DNA of 64,000 nucleotides. Source: Callorhinchus milii. Lineage: Eukaryota. Positions 52,799 to 64,000 of the stretch are shown in pieces (the stretch's first letter is position 1; every line of letters begins with the position of its first letter). Location of the stretch: the NCBI RefSeq assembly GCF_018977255.1, contig NW_024704742.1, forward strand, positions 115,446,001 to 115,510,000, written 5' to 3'. The position numbers were made by a program, and so were the translations under genes. The notes beneath the pieces are model-generated. The model ran no database searches. It worked only from the letters and a program-made list of their open reading frames with translations, and was not told the DNA's origin.

Positions 52799-53673
52799 CT
52801 GTGGAAAGAATAAGTAAGTTTTTAGCACAGAAATTTTGCTCAATTTATCGCACATACTCAATTCAGGAATAAAATAAAATGACTCTCACTTTCTTTATAC
52901 AGTATTGTTCCATGTCCCCTTTCCCGCTCCAGCCCAACAATGATGGCTGATCTTTCAGCCATTAAGCCCCACTCTCTGGAACTCTCTTCCAAAATTGTTC
53001 TGGCTTATCCTAGGTGAAAGGTGCTATCTATGTAGGTGCAAGTTGTTGTTAAGTATATCAATCTTACCTCAGCTAAATTAACAATTCTATAAACATTCAA
53101 AATTCTCAATGATCCCAAATATTTAATAATAGGCGTAATAACACACTGTTGACACACTTCCCGCACATGCAAATCAATCCCTATAGATTAGATGGGACTG
53201 GAAATTCAGTCACGTGATTATGTTAACTGAGAGGACTCAATGTATGCAACTATTGTAGAATGCAATTTGATCTCCCCTCTAGCAACTCCCCACCCCCCCC
53301 CCCCACCCCCGTCTCGAGGCAGTAACTCATTCTGCAGTACAGTTCCATGAAGGCCTGCACCACTCTAACAGATCACTCAAGCAGCCATTCTTCATGAATG
53401 AGGGAGCGTCCACAGGCCACTCGACCATGAGGCATCACATCCATCTGAGCTCAGTTCTGGGCTCACTCAACATCCAAAAGCACATTGATTACTCAGCAAG
53501 GCTGATTGGATTTGCGAGCTTGCGCTCAGAGTTAGGAATTCTGCCTGATTTATCCTCTCTTAACTAGACTCTCTGAAGTCAATGATGGGTAACATCCCCT
53601 TCTCAAATCACAATAACCTTCACATTATTTGAACTATACAAACTAAAGTGAATCTTCTCCTTTGCTCACTTAC

Positions 53674-53752
53674 TGTTATAATCGTCCTCCTTGATGAAAG
53701 TATCCATTAGCAGATTAAATGTGAAGTTATCTGGAAACATTCCATATTGTAC
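53674..53752 (-). CDS. MRPS27: MRPS27 coding exon, 79 bp
   Basis: ttctgcAG|GTA ... AAC A|gtaagt. Translates to [26 protein letters not shown] (PPR-like motif). Confidence 0.93.
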
Positions 53753-53789
53753 CTGCAGAAAGAGATGAGGTTTCATAGCAACATGCACA

Positions 53790-54805
53790 CAACAACAACA
53801 AATACATTTTTATAGTGCCTTTCACGTTGGGAGGATGTCCCAACACCCTGCACAATCAGGGATTTGGAGGCGAGTAGGAGGTTGGGATCAGGAGGGGTGA
53901 AGGACAGGGAAGGTAGGGGCAGAAGGGTGGCCGAAAGCATGGTCGAAGAGGAGAGTCTTTAGACATGTCTTTAAGGAGGCAAGGGAGGGAGCGAGGTGAA
54001 GGGACTGTGGGATGGAGTTCCAAAGGGTAGGGCAGTGAAGCTGAAGGCCCGACCGCTGATGGTGGGGTGGGGCCAGAGCCCACTGGGAGGAGATGTTGAT
54101 ATGAGGTTAGAATGTCCTAGAGGTAGGGAAGGGAAAGGCCGTGGAGGACCTTGAAGGTGAGGACAAGAATTTTGAACTCTATCCTCTGGGGCATGGGGAG
54201 CCAGTGGAGCCGGGCAAGGGTGGGTGTGATGGGTCACGGAGCCTTGTGCAGGATAGGACACAAGATGCAGAGTTCTGGATGATCTGCAGCTTGTGGAGGA
54301 AAGAGTTAGGAAGGCCGACAGGCAGGGAGTTGGTGTAGTTGAGCCGAGGTGTGATGAATGCGTGGATGAGGATTTTGGCAGCCTGAGTGGTGAGTCAGTG
54401 GTGGAACTGGGCGATGTTGCGGAGGTGGGGGAAGGCAGAGTGGGTCATGGCACGGATGTGGGATTGAAGACATCTCAACAAAGGACAATTGAGGATCAAA
54501 CAAGATGCCAAGGTTCGTTCTGGCTCAATGAGGTGGAGTGTGCATCCATGGATGGTGATGCTGTCAGTGCCTGAGGTGTGGAGGCCTGATGGGAGCCAAT
54601 CAGGAGAGCCTTGGTCTTGTTCAACTGTAGAAAGTTAGCTCTCATCCAGAACTTGATGTCGGACAGACATTCTGTCAGGACAGCAGTGGTCCTGGAGTCG
54701 AGGGTGGAGGCAGAGAAATAGAGTTGGGTGTCATCTACATACATGTGAAAGTTAACCCCATGTCTGGGGATGATGTCACCAAGAGGTGCATGTACATGTT
54801 GAAGA
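53790..54805 (-). mobile_element. L2 LINE 3' fragment including the RT YxDD region
   Basis: YVDDTQLYFS..WMRANFLQLNKTK; (aac)n tail at 53790. Confidence 0.88.
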
Positions 54806-55082
54806 CATGTACATACATGAGGTAGAAGGGAATTGGAGGGTATGGTCGGGAGGGGGGTCTAAGTAGGGAGGAGTTAGGTTGGGTAGAGGCTCACGTGGAG
54901 TATAAACACCGGCACAATGTTATAGAATAACATGTAATAAATCCCCCAAAGTGAGATACATTTTCGGCACTGAAATCACTCAAACCTGGAGAGTATCCAT
55001 CCATGAATGAAAAATCAATTCTTGCAATGCAATTTACCATTTACTAAGAAATTGGCTTAGCAAACAGACTCGATAGCCAAAT

Positions 55083-55398
55083 GGAGTCCTGTAGCTCAGA
55101 GGTTAGAGCACTCGCTTTGCAAGCGAGACATCTGAGTTCAATTCCAGGCAGGGCGAAACCTTGGGCAAATTTCCTTACTCCACACGCCTAATAATAATCC
55201 CTCCAAAACAAAACAATAATAAATTGGTCATTTTCAATCCATGACTGTTTGTGGGACACTGCTTGTGCGCAATTGGCTGCCCTGTTTCGCCCACAAATAT
55301 ACGGTCAATTCACATTACAGTCTATTCTGTGAAGCGCTCTGAGAAGTTGAGAAGACGTGAAAAGCGCTATATCAAATGCAAGGATTATTATATATTAT
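55083..55398 (+). mobile_element. tRNA-headed SINE, short variant, full length
   Basis: ggagtcctgtagctcagaggttagagcactcgctTTGCAagcgag ... aaatgcaaggattatta; aaatgg on both sides (possible TSD, overlapping the first bases). Confidence 0.87.
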
Positions 55399-58300
55399 AA
55401 ATGGTCTACCCATGTTCTCATGGATGATTTTTAAAAATAAATAAAACAAACAAAATTGTGTTTCTACTAAATATAATTATTTTGCATATATAATCATTGC
55501 CATATAATGTCTCTCATGCCTCGTCTTAATACAAATTACACTGCAACCCAACTAGTGTAACTGATCTTTTGGTACCCAAAGGCCCAACCAATTTGCACGC
55601 AGCAATGTCCCACAGACAATCATGAAGTGACTGACCAATTTTGTTTTGGGGATTGTTGGCCAGGAGACTGGAAATTACTCCCTTCTCTTTTCGAATAGCA
55701 CCATGGGATCTTTTACGTCCATCTGAACAGCAGACAGAACCTTGGGTCTTACATCTCATCCGAAGGACAGCACTTCCAACAATGCAGGCTTCACCCAGCA
55801 GTTCAAGCAAGTAATTCCCAAGAGACGTTTGTCAAATCCTTGTTCATTGTACAGAAAATATTTACTGTTCAGACAAACATCAAAGATTGTTGTTCTTGTG
55901 AATGATGACTATTCCTTCACTGACCAGTACCTTGGTACGTCCTGCCGATGTGAAAGGTGCTATAAAAATTTAATTTGTAGTTATTGTTGTAGTGCAATCA
56001 CTGATTGAATGCTTTAACACTAACACTGGAGGATCGAGTGATAAACACTGAGATACAATTTAATTGATTTAGTAAGAGAGCAGGAGTGTAATGCAGTAGG
56101 AGTTTGCCAATAAAATGATTACATCTTGGACAAGAGTTTATCAGTACAAACATCAAATTATGTTGTCACCCTCTGTTAAGATTACCATATAAGGCGAAGC
56201 CAAGCTATCCATTATAACCAGACATAAGAGCAAAACTATACAAAAACTGAAACTGTAAATCCTGTCACACATTAGAAAGAATTTAGTTCTGCACTGTCAG
56301 AGGATGTTGGGTGCTTTGTAAATAAGTGCCCTGGTATGACCTCTCATGGCTTCTTCTGTTTAAGAGTTATTTTAGTTGTCAGGACAACACACAGAGTGGT
56401 GATGGTGGTGGAGAGGAAACGGACAAGCAACTACACTAAACATTAAATGTCACCATCCCTGTAAAACCAATTGGATAATTAAGATGTACAGAAAATTACA
56501 AATGTTGATTAAAAAGTTTTAGCTGCAAATCAGTTGAGTTGGCCATAATGCAGGTTGTATCAGCCTTTGATTTAGTTGTTTAGCTTGTGTGTTGTGGAAA
56601 GCAGTTGCAACAAAAGAAATATTGATGTGTGTTTTTAGCCCTTGGGCAACAGATGCATTGAATTGGCTGAGAAATGTTTTGTGAACTGCAGTTCGTTCCA
56701 AATGGCATTAATTCTTCACCACAAATGTAACTGGAAAGTGATACCTCTTTGACGTTTTAAATCAAAACGCATGATATAAAAAATATACTTCCTACAATGG
56801 AGGAATGGAGATCTCAAAACAGTTTTTTTAAGGGGCCAGTTACATTAAACCATGATAGTGAGCCAATTACACGAGCCACATTTGTCAAGGTGACAGGGTC
56901 ATTCAGGGATAAGGGGAGGGAAGGAAGGTAGATTCAATAAAAAAAAGGCTCACGCATCAATTTCACACTGGGATGTGTCTGTGTGTGTGCGTGCGCCTGT
57001 AGGGGAATGGGAAATAGATGGAGTTTTGAATTATTATGTCATTCAAAATCAAATCTTTACTTCATTAATTCAAAATGTATACAGAGCAGGTGCTCACAAA
57101 CTAACACAAAATAAACCCAGATGGCAAAGGTTAGCTTTCATTTATAGTCCTCAAACGAGCAGGTTAATCAGAGGGTTGCGAGCAACAATATTGCATCAAA
57201 AACGTAATACAAATTATACGCTGTTTGTTTGTTTATAGAGTATTCTTATTTTCACACAAGCAAAATAAAATGATGAAAGGGAATATCAGTGCTGTCGGTT
57301 CAAACCAGAAACACGTTAAGAGTTGGCCTTTGCCTCCATTCAGCTTACTTATCTTTATTTTTAAATAAGGAGGGGGAGGGTTTGGATGTTTAGCCACAAT
57401 ATAAAAATGAGAATGGTAGCAGCTCATTTTAATTTTGTACAAAACATGATTTTTAAATAAAAGGACCACCTCCTGCCCACTCCATCTCCTGCCCACTCCC
57501 TACCCGCCAACCCCTGCCCCCACTTGCATTAACTGAATTCATCCCAACCCAAAGGGATTTTCAAGTAGCTTGGTAACTTGGTTCAGGAGCTAGGTGTCAG
57601 CTCCCATGACGTGCAGTCTATTAAAAAAAAATCATCCTGCCTGTAACAGTCCTCATTAATCCAGAATTATAATACATTTTTAAATTATACATAGACTGTA
57701 TAAATTCCTACTAGGAAAGCAGAACACCTATTCTCATCTCCTCTAGAATACCTTCTCACCCACACTTATTCAGATACATTGTGTACATACGTTGCATTAT
57801 GCCAGCAAATCTTTTTGCACAACGTGGGCAAGGCAATTTTCAGACATTTTATGCAAGAATAGCTAACTCCAGGACATTAATTACAGAGGCTAAGATGTCT
57901 CCTTGCAGGTCTCAGCATTCAATATCCTGCACTGAGACCACAGCAAACATAATAACATACAGTATTTGAAGATTCCAGGGGAAAGAAAGGATTATAAATG
58001 AAACCTGACAACACTGGTTACAATTATCAGTATTATTAATCACCATGACAAAGAAGAATCAAAATTTCATCCACAAAGGCTTGTTAACTCTCTACCCCCT
58101 CCTCGCTCCCTCCCTTCCCTCCCCTCATCCTGACCATTTCCCCCTTGCTCGGGTCCCGACCCAACTGTCCAGCACCTTGGGACGTCCTCCCGACGTGAAA
58201 GGCGCTCTATAAATGAAATCTTGTTATTGTTAAATATGTGGAATATGTTGCCCAAAAAGGTTGTAGATGGCATTTTTAAAACTGAGATGCTGCAGATAAT

Positions 58301-59028
58301 AATATCCCTACATTTGATATAGCGCCTTTCAAGTCTGGAAGGCTGTCTCAAAGCACTTCATGGAATTTACTGGAAAATGTAGTGACTGTGTACTACTTGT
58401 AGGTGAACATGGTAGACAGCCTCCCACAAATAGCCATGAAGTGAATGGCCAGTTTAAATATGATCTAAGCAGAAGCGCTTTGAGACGTCTTGAAGATGTG
58501 ATAAGGCGCCAAATCAAATGCAAGGATTAATATTATTATTTGCTCAAGACCAACTCTCTTTCTGTGCAAATAACTGAAAAATATTATAGATAGATATTTC
58601 AGAAGTAAAGGTATTAAGGGATATGGAGACGGGCGGTGGAATGAAATTAAAAAGATCTGCCATGATCTCATAAAATGGCTAAAATAGATATGCCGGTTGA
58701 ATGGCCTTCTTCTGTGGCAGGTTGCACAAATCCAAGGTGCTACACACTGGACAAAAGAACAAGGCAATTTGGTAAAAAAATGGAATGGATTACTAGATTT
58801 ATCACCTGGTCTAAAGAAAAATTAAAATTCAGTTTCATTATTGGCAAAATAAATTGGAATGAATTTTGTATTATTAAAAGATTACTTTTTGCAATCCGGA
58901 ACTGAAGATGAGAATGATATTAAACTGTCGTGTAGTCCCAGACATGCAGACCGTCTAGAAAATTTAAAATGTAATAAATCATTTTTACGAGTCTCTGTCT
59001 CATTGTAACTTTTAAAATTGCACTGTAC

Positions 59029-59143
59029 CTGATTTTTTAGTGTGTGCAAGGCCTTTTCCCGTGCTCCGTACATCAAACACTTCCTTATCCAGCTGTGGAT
59101 TGTCCAGTCTCTTACATAAAAGCAATTAGGGCTGTGGCGAAAC
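59029..59143 (-). CDS. MRPS27: MRPS27 (mitoribosomal protein mS27, PPR protein) coding exon, 115 bp
   Basis: Minus strand ttcaatttcAG|G TTT CGC ... AAT CAG|gtacag. Translates to [38 protein letters not shown]. Confidence 0.93.
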
Positions 59144-59596
59144 CTGAAATTGAAAAGCAAGCAAAGTGAAAGCTAACAGCAAATTGCACTTTTTAAAAAA
59201 AAGCTATGCATCAGATAAACACATTTCAACATATTCTAGGAGATACAACATTCTTTGGGGGGAGAGGGATGAAGAGAGATAAGTGAAGTCTCTCTGGGTT
59301 TCGAAGTGATTTGGCCTCAAGTTATCCAAGACATTATTGACTTAGCCTTCTAATTATCCAAGATATTGTTGATTTAATAATATAGCTAATTAATAAATGT
59401 AGACATCAGCCGTATCCTCAATCTTATGAACCAAGGTACTAACGTGTAATACTAAATGAACATGTGCCATGAAAAATCTCTGGTAATTTACCATTACTTT
59501 ATTTCCCACGTATAACTGCAACTGGATTTCAGGCATATATTGTACTGTAAAATGAAAGGTTAATATTTGTATGTAAAGTGACAATTCAATGCAGTT

Positions 59597-59959
59597 ATAA
59601 TAATAATCCTTGCATTTGACATAGTACCTTATTATTTCATCGAGATGTTTCAAAGCGCTTCACAGAATATACTATAAAGTGAATTGACTGTATATTTTGC
59701 AGGCGAAATGCAGCAGCCAGTTGCGCACAGCAGTGTCCCACAAACAGTCGTGGATTGAGTGACCAAATTATTATTCATTATTAATATCTTTTTGAAGGGA
59801 TTATTAGATTGACAAGCGGTGAGGCAATTGTCTAACAACCGGGTTCCTACATACTGCAAGGTAAACTGAGGCGTGTGGAGTAAGGAAATTTGCCTAAGGT
59901 TCGACCCCGGGTATTCTCACTTGTGAGGTGAGTGATCTAACCAATACGCTACAGGACTC
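59597..59959 (-). mobile_element. tRNA-headed SINE, long variant
   Basis: rc of the 39398-39768 family. Confidence 0.82.
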
Positions 59960-62900
59960 GACAATGTCACAAAGCTACTGGCTGCAGGTGCTGGCTGGGT
60001 CCAATTGACCTAAGGCTCCTTTCCAATATCTCATGCAAGGGATTTTCATTCATGGTCTTAGGAGGTCAACAGGTTATTTGACGGTGGTGAAGGGCAGAAG
60101 ATAAGCATAGATTTAGACCTAATCAGATATCCACACGCATACTTTCCAGTTGGGGTCAATGGAAGGAAATCATGAATAAGAATCGTCCCGCTTTTGTCCT
60201 TTCTCTCTACCCCAGGGCCAAAGTGGTCTATCGAAGCATCCTTTTTGCCAATGATCTCAGGTTGGCTTTCGAAATTGGTACATGGTCTTTACGGCTCCAT
60301 CTTAATTTGGCTGTGACTTTACAACAGCTGAGCATCAGAGAAATCAAGATCTCACTTTAATGAAATTGGACACATTTCAACCAGTCTGCTTTCACCTCAG
60401 GCCTACAATGTTGAATAGACATGAATATTAAAGCAATAAAACTAATCAAAGGCTAGTATTACCTTATAGAACTAAAACGTACATACATGTAATTTAAAAA
60501 CAAACCCTAAAGAATTCTTGTGCTTGACATCCCTTTTTCTTCCCATTTGCTCTCAACACACTGCTCGATTTTTAAACTAACGACCTTTCTATGACCTAAT
60601 GTAACTATTCCATCTTTCCTAACCCTTGCTCTCTCTTTAAAAAGTTCATTAAAAAGTTTGTTCTCCATTCTTCCTCCTGCTTGCTAGCTCTCATGTTCAT
60701 TACAGAGGTGATGGCAAGTTTTCCTTTAGCCATCTAAAGCCAACACTTGTATGCTTGATGGTTATTTCAGGTGTGACTTGATCAATTTATGGCATGCTAT
60801 TAATGCATAAGTAGGAAGAGAGTTGACGCATGAGCATACTCCATGATAGCCCCTAGCCCCTTGGTAAGCAAATATGTCTGCAAAGCTCAGAGGGCTAAAT
60901 CTTAAATTTATACTGGAGCATTTAATTGAAAATTCTGTGTGATTGTGGTTTAAAGACAAAATTAAGCACAATATTTTCTGAGTAAAACATTGTTGTAAGG
61001 CATCAAGACTGCCACTGCATAGACTGTTGTGATTGTTGCAATGAGCATCTCTATAAATAAAACACCATGCTATTAGCTCCTCAAGTCTGACATTATACAA
61101 TTGGATAATTTTATAACAAAAGTATTTTATAGCAATATTTTATAGATCACAAATTCAAGAAGTAAGGGCCATTAAAGTAATTTTCATTTTTTCCCATCCA
61201 CAATATAAAACCCTGGGTATACTGCCATTTTTGTCAGAGCCTATTTTTCTGTCAAAAATAAATAGGAGAAAATTGGGGTCTGTGAGGGGGAATTGACACT
61301 AAAAATCCTAGGAAAAATCAATGAAAATTAAGACTTACCGGGAAATATCAAGCTACAAATCTAATTGATTTTTTCCACAACAAGAATGCATATGTGATGT
61401 AATGCCACCTCCCTGCAAAGTCAGTTCCATTTTTTGCATATGGCATTGCGCATCCAATCCTGGAACTGATTTACTGGCTTGTCCAACACTGTATACACAA
61501 TCCCAGAACTGACTTGGCACCTGTGCAATGAGATGTGTGCATATTCCCAGAACCAACAGTGCAGTGAAGCGAGTTTGGGATTGTGTGTATGCCACCACGG
61601 ATGCCAAATCAAATTGAGTAAATTCAGTGTTTTAAAAAGGAGATTTGGGCAACAAGTTGTTTTTAAAAAAAACGATTGACTTTCACTCAAAAAAAAAATC
61701 CAGTTATTTATCGGTGAAAATCGATAAAATCTGATTTTAGTGTTCCTTATCTAAGAAACAAAAAGCATTTCAAAATAGCTAAGAGGCATTTCAGCCTTAT
61801 CTTCTGGACAGCTGTTATTATCTCATTAATCTGGGAATATAAGTATTAAATTGATTCACTTAGCAGCTGAAATCCTGTAATCAGCAATGGGGTTGAGAAG
61901 ACAATTATATAGCTCTCATATTTATCAGCAGATTGTTTGGAAGCTGGAGAACCTGTGGACCTTGGGGAAGCGTCTATCTGTAGTGAAGTGTACATTAGAC
62001 AGCTTTAAGTTAAAATACAGCCTCTGCCCACTCACTCTGGCTTCCTGCATCCTGACTGAGCTGATTCTCTTTTCAGCTGTGCAGACCATCACTACTACCA
62101 AACATAATGATGTATATCTCTGTGAGGTGTAGACTGCTTGATCTAATGTTACTATATACCAAATACAATACGCTATGCACCTAAATTACATCTCGATCAA
62201 CAATATACAATGTGGAGCGTGATAAAACGAGCAGTTAAGCATTTTGCGGGTGTAATTCTGACTTGTTTAATATAGTGAAAAGCTGTTTGTGTATTTAAAT
62301 CTGTGTTTGGTGGTGAATGGCTGCAATTACGGCAGCAATGTGCAGTATAAAAATGGGCTTGGGATACCGATTCACACTTCTGGAAAATCATTTGTGCTAC
62401 ATTGAACATATGGCATTGAAACAACGTGGAGGATAGCTAACACTGTCACTAAACATACAACATAACTGAAGCAATAAATATTGCAATCATTGGATATACA
62501 ATTTAAAAGGAGGAATGGGTACTTGTAATACAATGATGGCAAACCAATGTTGTCTGCATTGTCTTAAAATAAATTTGCCATCTAGTGATAACTGCAGATT
62601 GACCTTGCTGCCCTGAACATCAATCAAAAGCAATCAGGGTCACAGTGTAGCAGTCCTGATGTCTACAGCCTACAGCAACCTTAGCTACCAGTCAGCTTCA
62701 TGACTGGGTCTTCTGTATGAATAAGCACACTTTCCATCACATTTACCAGGTTATTAAAAGGTTATAAACCAGTTTTTTTCCTTGTTGGTGGCTATCCAGT
62801 AAATCACTGCTCGAGGCTATTCACAAAGCTTTTTTAACCAATTCAAAAATAAATTTTGAATAAGAGACTCCACCAAATGGATGCCCAGTCATTTATACTT

Positions 62901-64000
62901 TATGTCCTTGGCTTTGGATCATGATGGGAGTCTCATTTGTCATCCACCCCTTAAATTAAAAGGAATATGCCAGCATCAGTAAAATATGTGAAAGATTGGT
63001 CTAGAGGCAACTCACTGCTCCAGAGAAGTAGTCTCGTGCCTTTCAGATGTGTATAATTTACTGCAGATGGCACAGTATAGAGAGGCTTTGTACACAGACT
63101 GGCAGCAAAGAGTTACACCTGTGATTCCCCACAAGTTTCAGCTCAAAACTGCGTCATCACTGGGAAATTCTCATTGAGTAGGAAACGGAAGGAGAAAGTG
63201 TGGGAGAAGCAGAGAGAAAGAGAGAAGGGAGGGTCAGTAATCCAGCCTGTTCTTGAGCAAGTTCAACTGTATGTCTACCACTGGTGACAAGCATTTATAA
63301 TTTGAAATCCTATTATAAATGCACACCTAGGTGACAGCAGATTTATCAACAAGGAGAAAATAAGCCTTAAAGCATGAACAAAGAAGGTCTCTGACTTTGT
63401 CCTCTCAACTGTGAAAAGTATATATTGTGCGGGAAGGGGTAAACATTGGAAGGGGAAAAATAAAAAAAAGTTAATAATAAGATTCAGTATTTTCTTCTTA
63501 ATTCGTATAAACAAAACTGTGCAGCAATATCCTGGAGTTGGTTGCCCACAGAAAATCCAGTTCAAGAGGATTATGTGGTCTATAGTTCACTCACATTTTG
63601 GAGTACTGTAAGCCAGGATTTGCCAGCCTCTTTGAACTCCGAGGCTCATCAAACGCTCCTGTGCCAGGATTCCAGGGCAAGTAGGTAGATTCAGTAGTTA
63701 GAGAACCAGCATTTCTATCTTCTATAAAACTAGGCAGAGATTTATTGGGACTCTTTTTGTAAGCATTACATCAAATCAAAAGTGCCACACTTATATTTCA
63801 TCTTCAGAGTTTCGATCATGTCTGACTTATCAGTCAGATGAACTGTTAAGAATTGCAATACATTATATATATCAGCCATTTGAACAATGATTTGCATCTT
63901 TATTTTCCAGCGCCTTGGGATGTCCTCCCGACGTGAAAGGCGCTATACAAATGTAATTTTATTGTTGTTCTTCTTCATTTCGTTGGTTACTCTCACTCTG

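Noticed and set aside
55083..55160. tRNA-Ala-like sequences (also at 30389, 30605, 39398, 49580)
   Set aside because: They are SINE heads with no proper acceptor stem and run straight into the SINE body.
59320..59380. Short tandem duplication ttatccaagaYattRttgaYtta, two copies
   Set aside because: Ordinary local duplication; two units only, so not an array.
63284..63331. Hairpin gcatttataa..ttataaatgc followed by CTAG, like a Helitron 3' end
   Set aside because: The stem is AT-rich, the base after CTAG is G rather than T, and no 5' end was found.
59150..64000. Further upstream MRPS27 exons or a promoter
   Set aside because: I found no matching exon or CpG island by eye; a short exon could have been missed.

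Overview
Vertebrate genomic DNA. The repeat content (tRNA-headed Deu-domain SINEs, L2 and CR1 LINEs) suggests a cartilaginous fish; that assignment is inference. The window holds two convergent spliced genes. MAP1B is on + (last five coding exons, 418-14441, including one 5992-bp exon, then a probable ~8.1-kb 3' UTR ending near AATAAA at 22576). MRPS27 is on - (seven 3' coding exons, 59143 down to 31122; I found no further upstream exons in the window). All exons have GT-AG borders and consistent phases. The rest is introns and intergenic DNA with nested mobile elements: a near full-length, decayed CR1, many L2 3' fragments, several SINE subfamilies and a hAT MITE with an intact 8-bp TSD. I found no evidence of a wholly new gene system. 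The most interesting unexplained structure is in the MAP1B 3' UTR: a ~600-nt imperfect foldback, and a dense miRNA-site cluster with a miR-9 seed plus offset 3'-supplementary pairing. The MAP1B protein also lacks the mammalian neuraxin repeats. Repeat boundaries are approximate, and family names come from recollection of consensus sequences, not from a search.
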